Positions 18,734 through 25,676 of a stretch of 32,011 bases of DNA are shown here, in pieces. Each line of letters starts with the position of its first letter. The first letter of the stretch is position 1. The position numbers and the translations under genes are program-made. This DNA comes from a virus (taxonomy: Duplodnaviria > Caudoviricetes). The notes beneath the pieces are model-generated. The model was not told the DNA's origin and did no database searches. It worked only from the letters and a program-made list of their open reading frames with translations. Location of the stretch: the IMG/VR virus record IMGVR_UViG_3300046000_000230, positions 1 through 32,011 of that record, one strand, 5' to 3'.

Positions 18734-19212
18734 GCCTATTCAACCCTTATGTGATTCTTGGCATCGTCTTAGCGGTGCTGAGTTCCTTTGGCAGTGGGTA
18801 CTGGAAAGGCTCAAAGGATGAGGTAACTCGTCAGCAACTTGAGATTGCCCAACTTAACGCTGAAGCTAGGCAGAAGGAACAAATCCTAGTTTCAGCAATC
18901 CAAACCCAAACCACTAAACTTCAGAAAGCAAATCAAGATGCCAAACTTGCTCAACAAAAACGTAACGCTGACATTGATTCTGGTGCTCTCAGGTTGCGGA
19001 TTCCTGTCAAAGCAACCCACTGCCCCATACAAGCCACCACAGATACCGCCCCTGCCACCAGAGATAGCGGTGAAGAGAGAGCCGAACTTGACGCAGAGAC
19101 TGCTCGATCTCTTGTCTCCATCACCGACTCAGGAGATGAAGCAATCAGACAACTCACAGCCTGTCAGCAAGCCTACGAATCCATCTACCAAACCTTGAAA
19201 GGAAAACCATGA
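18730..19212 (+). CDS. Rz-like inner-membrane spanin
   Basis: N-terminal TM, coiled coil, GALRLRIP and AIRQLTACQ motifs. Confidence 0.8.
   Translation: MSLFNPYVILGIVLAVLSSFGSGYWKGSKDEVTRQQLEIAQLNAEARQKEQILVSAIQTQTTKLQKANQDAKLAQQKRNADIDSGALRLRIPVKATHCPIQATTDTAPATRDSGEERAELDAETARSLVSITDSGDEAIRQLTACQQAYESIYQTLKGKP
18938..19198 (+). CDS. Rz1-like outer-membrane spanin lipoprotein embedded in Rz (+1 frame)
   Basis: LILVLSGC lipobox and Pro-rich PPQIPPLPP; fully nested in Rz. Confidence 0.8.
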   Translation: MPNLLNKNVTLTLILVLSGCGFLSKQPTAPYKPPQIPPLPPEIAVKREPNLTQRLLDLLSPSPTQEMKQSDNSQPVSKPTNPSTKP

Positions 19213-19673
19213 ACTTATCAGCCAACTTCACCCTGAAAGAACTCACCAGATCAGATACTGCTGATCGTCTGGACATTGACAACACGCCAAATGAAGAGCA
19301 AATAGAAGCATTGCGTTTATTGTGTGAAAATATCCTGCAACCTGTGCGTGACCACTTTGGCAAGCCTGTCAAGATCAATTCAGGCTTTAGGTGTCCTACT
19401 TTGAACCAGGCTACAGGAGGTTCAGCAACCTCAGACCATTGCAAGGGTCAAGCCTGTGATTTTGAAATTGATGGTGTATCCAATCCCGATTTGGCTCAGT
19501 GGATTGCTGACAATCTCAAATACACTCAATTGATCTTAGAGTTCTACACCCAAGGTCAGCCAAGCTCAGGGTGGGTTCACGCCTCGTTTAATCCTGAGAA
19601 TCTTAAATGTCAAGAACTGACTGCTGTCAAGGTGGCGGGGAAGACTCAGTATCTGAATGGACTCGTAGCGTAA
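19209..19673 (+). CDS. Endolysin, peptidase M15A family
   Basis: LSANFTLKE, INSGFRC, SDHCKGQACD and WVHAS Zn-peptidase motifs. Confidence 0.88.
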   Translation: MNLSANFTLKELTRSDTADRLDIDNTPNEEQIEALRLLCENILQPVRDHFGKPVKINSGFRCPTLNQATGGSATSDHCKGQACDFEIDGVSNPDLAQWIADNLKYTQLILEFYTQGQPSSGWVHASFNPENLKCQELTAVKVAGKTQYLNGLVA

Positions 19674-19830
19674 GCAGTCTCTTGCAAAAGTGCTTGTGGA
19701 TGAGGTGTTCGTACAGAATCACCTCTCCACACTTCTGGCATAACCAAGCCACTCCCTCATCTACCTTAGTCTCCCTCTCGCCTCGCAGACCTCTGCTTCT
19801 GCCATAAAAGGTGCGTATCTTGACAATCAT
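19627..19830 (-). CDS. Small Zn-finger-like protein
   Basis: CQKC...H..HKHFC; ATGA coupling. Its 3' end overlaps the endolysin convergently. Confidence 0.55.
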   Translation of the reverse strand: MIVKIRTFYGRSRGLRGERETKVDEGVAWLCQKCGEVILYEHLIHKHFCKRLLTLRVHSDTESSPPP

Positions 19831-20009
19831 TTCTTGGAATTTGCCTTTGAGTAGGTGAGGCATTGCTTGCGTTCATTTAAAGACTGTTCTATCTTCCTCA
19901 TTTGCTCTCTTCGGTTCTCGCCATTCATCTTTGCCACAGTAATCATCTTGAGTTTCGAGTCTGTTGTCCAGATTGAAGGTTGACCTTTGTAGTCCCATGC
20001 TGAATTCAT
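19827..20009 (-). CDS. Hypothetical protein
   Basis: Member of an ATGA-coupled chain of leftward genes. Confidence 0.6.
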   Translation of the reverse strand: MNSAWDYKGQPSIWTTDSKLKMITVAKMNGENRREQMRKIEQSLNERKQCLTYSKANSKK

Positions 20010-20185
20010 CGCTTCATTCCCCTAATAAATATCCCAAACGAACTCAAAGTATCCTTACCAAACCCTTGCATCTTCTCAATCTCGACAGCCACCTGTTCAA
20101 GAATGTCATTCCTGAGTTCGTCATAGACCTCTTGTTGGGTTTTGTACTCCTCAACCTGTCTCTTTCTGTTCAGTGATTCATTCAT
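20006..20185 (-). CDS. Hypothetical protein
   Basis: GGAG RBS; LRNDILEQVAVEIEKM..FGKDT motif. Confidence 0.65.
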   Translation of the reverse strand: MNESLNRKRQVEEYKTQQEVYDELRNDILEQVAVEIEKMQGFGKDTLSSFGIFIRGMKR

Positions 20186-20396
20186 GCCCAAACTCCTGAA
20201 GTTCTGTGATGCGTTTGTAAAGCCTAAATATTCTTTGCTCGTTGTAGTTCACGATGGCTTGCGAATACTCGACTGAGGTTTCTGCTTGCAACTTGGCAAG
20301 TTGTGCCTCTGTCAGTTCCTTTTGCACCATCTCCAAAGGAGTTTTTGGTCTGAGCAAATCCTTGACATACTTGATCGTTAATTCTCGCCAGTTCAT
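20178..20396 (-). CDS. Hypothetical coiled-coil protein
   Basis: AAGGA RBS and coupled start. Confidence 0.65.
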   Translation of the reverse strand: MNWRELTIKYVKDLLRPKTPLEMVQKELTEAQLAKLQAETSVEYSQAIVNYNEQRIFRLYKRITELQEFGHE

Positions 20397-20584
20397 GTTT
20401 TCCTTTTCTTTGATGGTTTGAACTTCCCTGCCTTGCGAAAGATGGTACGCAAACTGTTGTAGTTGACTCCAAATCTGTTTGCAATTTCTAGCTTGCTAAA
20501 GCCTTGGTCAAACAAACTGAATGCTCTACGCTCGTCAATGGTGGGTAGCTTCCTACCTGACCCTTGTCTTGCGCCACCTTTCAT
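20393..20584 (-). CDS. Small HTH DNA-binding protein
   Basis: GGARQGSGRK arm followed by GFSKLEIANRFGVNYNSLRTI. Confidence 0.7.
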   Translation of the reverse strand: MKGGARQGSGRKLPTIDERRAFSLFDQGFSKLEIANRFGVNYNSLRTIFRKAGKFKPSKKRKT

Positions 20585-20883
20585 GCCCTACCCTTGTGGT
20601 TAAAAACAAATCCTTTTTTGATCTTTGAGTCGGTGCAACTGTAGGTTTTTGCACCCACATCTCTGACCCACTTCTGGCAATCTGGACATTTCACTCTTTT
20701 TCGCTTTCTTTTAGTAACCACCATACAAACGCTACGCAAACTGCTATTCCCAATGCGAATCCGAATATCACTATCAGCATGAAACTTACTATGGTTTCTA
20801 GCATTTGTTGTCTCCTTAGAGTCAAAGTAAAAGAGTGCGCCAGCACAAAGCAAAGCTATGATGACCTTGTGCCAGTGGTTCAT
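20581..20883 (-). CDS. Hypothetical ORF (may merge two peptides; a GTG-started KCPDC peptide begins at 20694)
   Basis: ATGA coupling at both ends; N-terminal hydrophobic stretch and C-terminal CPDC. Confidence 0.45.
   Translation of the reverse strand: MNHWHKVIIALLCAGALFYFDSKETTNARNHSKFHADSDIRIRIGNSSLRSVCMVVTKRKRKRVKCPDCQKWVRDVGAKTYSCTDSKIKKGFVFNHKGRA
20691..20804 (-). CDS. 37-aa single-TM peptide nested in an alternate frame
   Basis: AAGGAG RBS; MLETIVSFMLIVIFGFALGIAVCVAFVWWLLKESEKE. Confidence 0.6.
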   Translation of the reverse strand: MLETIVSFMLIVIFGFALGIAVCVAFVWWLLKESEKE

Positions 20884-21143
20884 TTGGTGGCAACAATCAA
20901 ATCAAGTTCAGTATCTTTCAACTGTTCCTTGATAATTGTCAACTCTTGTTCAATTGCTGTGAGTTTCTTGTCCATGCGTTCTCTGGTCAACTTCTCAGCG
21001 TGGCAGTACCCAATCAAGGATGCGTCAGTTGCCACCTTGCGGATGAGTTGAATGATCTGGTCACGGCTCATAAAGCCACCAGCGATGTCTTTGGATGGCG
21101 CAATCTTGGCAATCAATTCCTCTAAGTCTTTTTCGATGCTCAT
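20880..21143 (-). CDS. Hypothetical coiled-coil protein
   Basis: AAGGAG RBS before ATG 21143; ATGA coupling. Confidence 0.65.
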   Translation of the reverse strand: MSIEKDLEELIAKIAPSKDIAGGFMSRDQIIQLIRKVATDASLIGYCHAEKLTRERMDKKLTAIEQELTIIKEQLKDTELDLIVATK

Positions 21144-21391
21144 GCTGTCTCTCCTTGTGGTTGTGATGAATTCCATGCGTGTTGCAAGGCGGTGAAGTTC
21201 ATAGGTGCAATGGTGACTGTGGACAGGAACAAGCCCTTACCATGCGTTCTGCGCCCCCAATCATCAGTTGCCTTGATGTTCTTAAGTTCATTCTTTTTGA
21301 CTGCGCCATAGACGCTGTTGGGCTTGAATCCACCCTCTACCAACTCTTCCATAGTGCGAGGTTCTTGGCAGAAGTCTTGTAGGGGTGTCAT
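21140..21391 (-). CDS. Hypothetical protein (possibly winged helix)
   Basis: Coupled ORF; FCQEPRTMEEL...SVYGAVKKNEL. Confidence 0.6.
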   Translation of the reverse strand: MTPLQDFCQEPRTMEELVEGGFKPNSVYGAVKKNELKNIKATDDWGRRTHGKGLFLSTVTIAPMNFTALQHAWNSSQPQGETA

Positions 21392-21612
21392 GCTTCCCTC
21401 ACTTTCATCATTGCGTCTGCCATTGAGTACGCATCACTCGCTACTTCACTTGCTGGAGAGTTCATCAAATGATCTGGATATTGACGCAATAATGCTTGCA
21501 TAGCCTGCGCCGCAAAGTAGTCACGCAAACTGCATTTGGCAATCTTTGTCAACCACATAACGCTAAGAAAACCAAGAACTAAATAACCAATTGTTTCGTA
21601 AACTTCAATCAT
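21388..21612 (-). CDS. Phage protein with LRDYFAAQAMQ...AYSMADAM motif and N-terminal TM
   Basis: Motif is common in small proteobacterial phage proteins. Confidence 0.7.
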   Translation of the reverse strand: MIEVYETIGYLVLGFLSVMWLTKIAKCSLRDYFAAQAMQALLRQYPDHLMNSPASEVASDAYSMADAMMKVREA

Positions 21613-21707
21613 TTCACCATCTCCTTTGCAATCTCAATCAAGAAAGGCACAGCCAGAATCAAGCCCACTAGGGTGGCTTGCAGGGTTTGCTTAATTGTCA
21701 TCATCAT
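21609..21707 (-). CDS. Short TM peptide
   Basis: GAGGAG RBS; MMMTIKQTLQATLVGLILAVPFLIEIAKEMVK. Confidence 0.55.
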   Translation of the reverse strand: MMMTIKQTLQATLVGLILAVPFLIEIAKEMVK

Positions 21708-21843
21708 TCTCCTCACAGAGTTCACAGGTTGGGTGGTCGGGGTCACGGCAGTCGGGGTGGTTGAGCAGTTGGAAGCGGTAGCGTCTTTGGTGCAGAGCCT
21801 CCGCTTTGATCTCCTCTGCTTCTGATTCGTCAATGGGGTACAT
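21691..21843 (-). CDS. Small acidic Cys/His protein
   Basis: AAGGA RBS; HPDCRDPDHPTCELCE. Confidence 0.65.
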   Translation of the reverse strand: MYPIDESEAEEIKAEALHQRRYRFQLLNHPDCRDPDHPTCELCEENDDDN

Positions 21844-21880
21844 GGTTGTCCTTAAAGTTGGGGGTCTATGCCCCCTTGGG

Positions 21881-22057
21881 TTAATAAGTTCTGAGGCAAG
21901 ACTCAGGCAGAGACAAACCACCACGCATCAATTTGCCGGTGACTTCGTTCAACTCTTTGAGAGCCGCCCAACGCTCGCCATCAGCACCAATGCTGAAAGA
22001 CAAGATAACAAAAACACCAGCGTTTTTGCCACGAACTATTTGATTGAGAGAGAACAT
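21881..22057 (-). CDS. First gene of the leftward early operon (58 aa)
   Basis: GGAGG RBS at 22064-22068 and ATG at 22057. Confidence 0.65.
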   Translation of the reverse strand: MFSLNQIVRGKNAGVFVILSFSIGADGERWAALKELNEVTGKLMRGGLSLPESCLRTY

Positions 22058-22099
22058 CGAAAACCTCCAGAAAGTTGAATTGCGTTGTTGATGTAGTGA

Positions 22100-22127
22100 A
22101 TCATATAGCAATTAACTACCTTGTCAA
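22100..22127 (-). promoter_or_regulatory. Leftward sigma70 promoter
   Basis: TTGACA-16 nt-TATGAT on the minus strand. Confidence 0.65.
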
Positions 22128-22180
22128 CTACCCTGCAACCAATCCCCCACAATTAACTCAACTATTAAATCACAAAGGGC

Positions 22181-22209
22181 TTGACCAATGAATTAAAAGT
22201 CTATAGACT
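22181..22209 (+). promoter_or_regulatory. Rightward sigma70 promoter
   Basis: TTGACC-17 nt-TAGACT upstream of the HTH gene. Confidence 0.65.
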
Positions 22210-22220
22210 CCCCCATCACT

Positions 22221-22451
22221 ATGACCACACAAACTATGCAAACCATTGAAAACATTAAGGAAAAGGCTGAAGTGGCTGGCTACACCATCACCGATGTTGC
22301 TCGTCATGCTGGCTTTCACCCTGCCCAAGTCTCCAGATATGCCACAGGTAAAACCATACCACTTGTCACCACCATCAGGCGGTTGGATGAATCAGTAGAT
22401 TCCCTTATTCAGAGCCGTTTTAAGGCCATCAGAGGGCTTCTCAATGACTAG
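22221..22451 (+). CDS. Cro/XRE-like HTH regulator
   Basis: YTITDVARHAGFHPAQVSRYATGKTIP; first gene after the divergent promoters. Confidence 0.8.
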   Translation: MTTQTMQTIENIKEKAEVAGYTITDVARHAGFHPAQVSRYATGKTIPLVTTIRRLDESVDSLIQSRFKAIRGLLND

Positions 22452-22917
22452 GCGCACCATTGGTATTGATTGCGGTCTGAATGGTGCTCTAGCCCTGATA
22501 GTCGATGGGGAACTCGTTAAGGTTGAGGATATGCCCACAGTCACCCTCACCCGAAACGGCAAGAACAAGCGTCAGGTGTCAGTGCCTGAGTTGGTTCAGA
22601 TCGTCAAGGACTTTGACCCCAACGAGGCATTCACCGAAAAAGTGTTTGCTATGAGTGGGCAAGGCGTGACCAGTGTATTTTCTCTAGGGCGCAGTCTTGG
22701 TGTTGTAGAGGGTGTGTTAACAGCCCTACAGATCAAGACCACCATGATGACCCCACAGACTTGGATTAAGGCAATGGGTGTTGTTGGTGGCAAGGATGGG
22801 TCAAGAGCCAGAGCGATGGAACTGTTCCCTGACCATTTAAGCCTATTCAAGAGGGTCAAGGATGATGGGCGTAGTGATGCCAGTTTGATTGCACTTTGGG
22901 GGTATCGCAATGGATAA
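22444..22917 (+). CDS. RuvC-like Holliday junction resolvase
   Basis: IGIDCGLNGA, EKV, PQTW and DDGRSDASLIA motifs. Confidence 0.8.
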   Translation: MTRRTIGIDCGLNGALALIVDGELVKVEDMPTVTLTRNGKNKRQVSVPELVQIVKDFDPNEAFTEKVFAMSGQGVTSVFSLGRSLGVVEGVLTALQIKTTMMTPQTWIKAMGVVGGKDGSRARAMELFPDHLSLFKRVKDDGRSDASLIALWGYRNG

Positions 22918-23134
22918 CAAAGAACGAGACACTTTGCGTGAGCACATCGTCTGGCTTGCCTCTCAACTTGAGCAAGAGAGAAAGCAAAACCAGAACACTG
23001 TTGTGTTCTTAAAGCGTATTCTTGACCCTGAAGACTTGGGTCATGCAGTATCAAACGAAACCAGACAACTAGCCTACCAATTACTCATTGAACATCACCA
23101 CATTGAAAGAACATCATGGCAACAAAGCAACTAA
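22910..23134 (+). CDS. Hypothetical protein
   Basis: ATG 22910; FLKRILDPEDLGHAVS motif. Confidence 0.65.
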   Translation: MDNKERDTLREHIVWLASQLEQERKQNQNTVVFLKRILDPEDLGHAVSNETRQLAYQLLIEHHHIERTSWQQSN

Positions 23135-24204
23135 ACATCAGACCATCAGGTATTGGACGCACCATTGCTTGTCCTGCAAGCGTCAGGTTATCAGCACAAA
23201 TGCCTTATGTTGAAGGTGGCGATGCGGCAAAGATTGGAACAGCAATTCATGCCTTGGCAGAGCATTGCTATAAGACTATTTCAGACCCCATGACCTTTGT
23301 CGGTAAAGAGTTTGAGGGCATCACAATGACAGAGGAGAACTGTGACTTTGCAATGCAACACCTACAAGCCATTTGGGACATAGAGGTAGAGTTGGGAGAT
23401 GGGACAGTATCTGTTGAGAAGTTCCTACCCTACCAAGAATCTCCTACATACAAATGCGGTGGCACTGCTGATGTCATTGGTATCAGTAAAGAGAAACGCA
23501 AGATCATCATTGCAGACCTCAAAACTGGTAGAGGGTATGTTGATGCTGAGAGTGAGCAACTCAAACTCTACGCATTGGCGGCTATGGAGTCTGGTGGTCT
23601 ATACCAAGATATAGACACGATTGAGTTGTGGATTATCCAACCCCATCATGGTGAGGTACGCAAGCACTCAATGACAACTCAAGAGTTGGTTGATTGGGAG
23701 CATTACATCCTGATCCCTGCCATTGAGAATGTCCTGAACCCTGCATTCCCTCCTGTACCCTCTGACTCTGCTTGCCAATACTGTGCGGCCAAGACTATTT
23801 GCCCTGCACAAGCAAACATGGTTGAGGTAGTTCACTCTGCACCTCCAGTTGAAGTCTTGACAGAGGAACAGATCAGCGTCTTGCTGATTAAATTCGATAT
23901 GGTTGAGGACTACATTAAGGCGGTGAGAGATCACGCCCTTAAACGCATGGAAAAGGGTGCTGTGATTGCTGGATGGCAACTCGCACCTAAGAGAGCGTTG
24001 AGGTCTTGGGCTTCAGAAGATGAGGCTTATAAAGGACTTCTAGCTTTGGGACTTGATAAAGATCAAGTAATGAAGACCGAACTCATCACCCCTGCACAAG
24101 CAGAGAAACTGCTAACAAAAGACCTTAAGCCTAATCTAGAACCTTTAACTTCTCGCATATCTTCAGGATTGACGCTTGCCAGAGACAAGGGTATTAGTCA
24201 ATAA
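23116..24204 (+). CDS. PD-(D/E)XK (Cas4-like, DUF2800-type) nuclease
   Basis: CPAS, GTAIHALAE, GGTAD, IADLKTG, QLKLYA and CQYCAAKTICP motifs. Confidence 0.82.
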   Translation: MATKQLNIRPSGIGRTIACPASVRLSAQMPYVEGGDAAKIGTAIHALAEHCYKTISDPMTFVGKEFEGITMTEENCDFAMQHLQAIWDIEVELGDGTVSVEKFLPYQESPTYKCGGTADVIGISKEKRKIIIADLKTGRGYVDAESEQLKLYALAAMESGGLYQDIDTIELWIIQPHHGEVRKHSMTTQELVDWEHYILIPAIENVLNPAFPPVPSDSACQYCAAKTICPAQANMVEVVHSAPPVEVLTEEQISVLLIKFDMVEDYIKAVRDHALKRMEKGAVIAGWQLAPKRALRSWASEDEAYKGLLALGLDKDQVMKTELITPAQAEKLLTKDLKPNLEPLTSRISSGLTLARDKGISQ

Positions 24205-24274
24205 TCCCAACCCCAATCCCCCACAGTGACATCAGTCACATTTTTCAACTTCAACTTTAAACAGGAAACATCAA

Positions 24275-24865
24275 ATGAACTTAAACCTTTCAAACAGCGG
24301 TGGTAGCGGTAACTACATTCGCTTCTCTCCTCAATCAAACGCATGGACTAACCAAGATGGTGAATTCACCTTTGAGAAGTCGGTCTTTGACTATGAGAAC
24401 TTGGAAACAGGTTGGATGCTGATAGCTACTGGCATCTTTGAATTCTTGCCAGACAGCGGTCTTGGTCAGAAAGGCGCACAGCCAAGTGCAGAGCATAAGC
24501 GTGGCTTTCGGGCAACTTTCTTCAACAAAACGATGGGCGTTGCCGAATTTAGTGCCAACGGTGCGGGTGCAAACATGGGCTTAGAAGCCCTGTGGAAGCA
24601 AGTGCAAGCACAGCAATCAGCTAACCCTAGCAAGTTGCCTGTGGTCGAGTACAAGGGTTCACGACCCGAAAAGGTCGGCAAGGGAACTACACGAGTGCCA
24701 TTGTTTGAGGTGGTGAGTTGGGTAGCACGACCAGCGGCTTTGCAAGATGGCGGCATGGGTGGAGCAGATGATTCAGCCTCACCATTTGATGCGCCAAAGC
24801 CAGTAGCCAAGCCAGCACCTAGCAAACCAACACCCTCACAAAGTGATGATGAGATGTTCAGCTAA
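24275..24865 (+). CDS. Putative single-stranded DNA-binding protein
   Basis: Beta-rich core, P/A-rich linker and acidic-aromatic tail (SDDEMFS); position in the replication module. Confidence 0.6.
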   Translation: MNLNLSNSGGSGNYIRFSPQSNAWTNQDGEFTFEKSVFDYENLETGWMLIATGIFEFLPDSGLGQKGAQPSAEHKRGFRATFFNKTMGVAEFSANGAGANMGLEALWKQVQAQQSANPSKLPVVEYKGSRPEKVGKGTTRVPLFEVVSWVARPAALQDGGMGGADDSASPFDAPKPVAKPAPSKPTPSQSDDEMFS

Positions 24866-24882
24866 ACACTGAACCAACTAGC

Positions 24883-24916
24883 ACCAGAGTTTTCGGGGGA
24901 GAACTCTGGTTTTTTT
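24883..24916 (+). terminator. Rho-independent terminator
   Basis: accagagttttc-gggg-gagaactctggt followed by a T run. Confidence 0.85.
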
Positions 24917-24940
24917 GTCTCTTTAACTTTGGTAGGTGGT

Positions 24941-25672
24941 ATGAATGAGTTGGCATTATTTGCGGGAGTTGGCGGGGGAATCCTTGGAGGACATTTGCTT
25001 GGGTGGAGAACAGTTGCCGCTGTTGAAATTGAAGACTTCCCACGCAGAGTTTTATTGCAACGGCAAGCTGATGGACTCTTACCTAGATTCCCTATATGGG
25101 ATGACATTTGCACCTTTGATGGGAAACCCTGGAGAACAAAAGTCGATGTCATCACAGGAGGTTTTCCTTGCCAGGACATCTCAGTCGGAGGAAAAGGCGA
25201 TGGACTTGAAGGAGAAAGATCAGGTTTGTGGAGAGAGATGGCAAGGGTTATTGGCGAAGTACGACCCAATTATGTCTTTGTGGAGAACTCCCCAATGCTC
25301 ACTTCTCGAGGACTTGGAACAGTCCTTGGAGACTTGGTCAAATTGGGGTTCAATGCTAAATGGGGTGTGTTGGGAGGAGACAATGCCAAACTACCTCATA
25401 GAAGAAAACGAATTTGGTTGTTGGCTACCCACCATGAGTGTAAGCATGAAGAATGGGGCGGCAAGCAAAAGATATTTGAATTCAAAGGAATATCGAGGGA
25501 GTATGCCGATGGAGTGGATAAGAACGAGCAAGGATTGCGCTCAATACTTCAACCCGGACTATGCCGAACTTCTAATGGACTTCCCCATCAAGTGGACAGA
25601 CTTAAAGCCGTTGGCAATGGACAAATTCCAATCGTGGCGGCAACAGCATGGCGAATCCTTACAGAAAGATAA
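24941..25672 (+). CDS. C5-cytosine DNA methyltransferase (alpha-like polypeptide)
   Basis: Motif I LFAGVGG, IV GFPCQD, VI ENSP, VIII HRRKRIW and X RLKAVGNG; no recognisable motif IX. Confidence 0.88.
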   Translation: MNELALFAGVGGGILGGHLLGWRTVAAVEIEDFPRRVLLQRQADGLLPRFPIWDDICTFDGKPWRTKVDVITGGFPCQDISVGGKGDGLEGERSGLWREMARVIGEVRPNYVFVENSPMLTSRGLGTVLGDLVKLGFNAKWGVLGGDNAKLPHRRKRIWLLATHHECKHEEWGGKQKIFEFKGISREYADGVDKNEQGLRSILQPGLCRTSNGLPHQVDRLKAVGNGQIPIVAATAWRILTER

Positions 25673-25676
25673 CTAA
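24945..25676 (+). CDS. Overlapping +1-frame ORF, putative methyltransferase beta polypeptide
   Basis: 243 stop-free codons nested on the MTase, with motif IX-like NPDYAELLMDFP. Its stop abuts the primase ATG. Confidence 0.7.
   Translation: MSWHYLRELAGESLEDICLGGEQLPLLKLKTSHAEFYCNGKLMDSYLDSLYGMTFAPLMGNPGEQKSMSSQEVFLARTSQSEEKAMDLKEKDQVCGERWQGLLAKYDPIMSLWRTPQCSLLEDLEQSLETWSNWGSMLNGVCWEETMPNYLIEENEFGCWLPTMSVSMKNGAASKRYLNSKEYRGSMPMEWIRTSKDCAQYFNPDYAELLMDFPIKWTDLKPLAMDKFQSWRQQHGESLQKDN

Noticed and set aside
19627-19673. 47-nt convergent overlap of the endolysin and the last leftward gene as antisense regulation
   Set aside because: It is probably a drifted stop codon in a compact genome; nothing else supports a regulatory role.
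23116-24204. Cas4-like gene as part of a CRISPR system
   Set aside because: I saw no repeat-spacer array or other cas genes; it fits a phage recombination nuclease.
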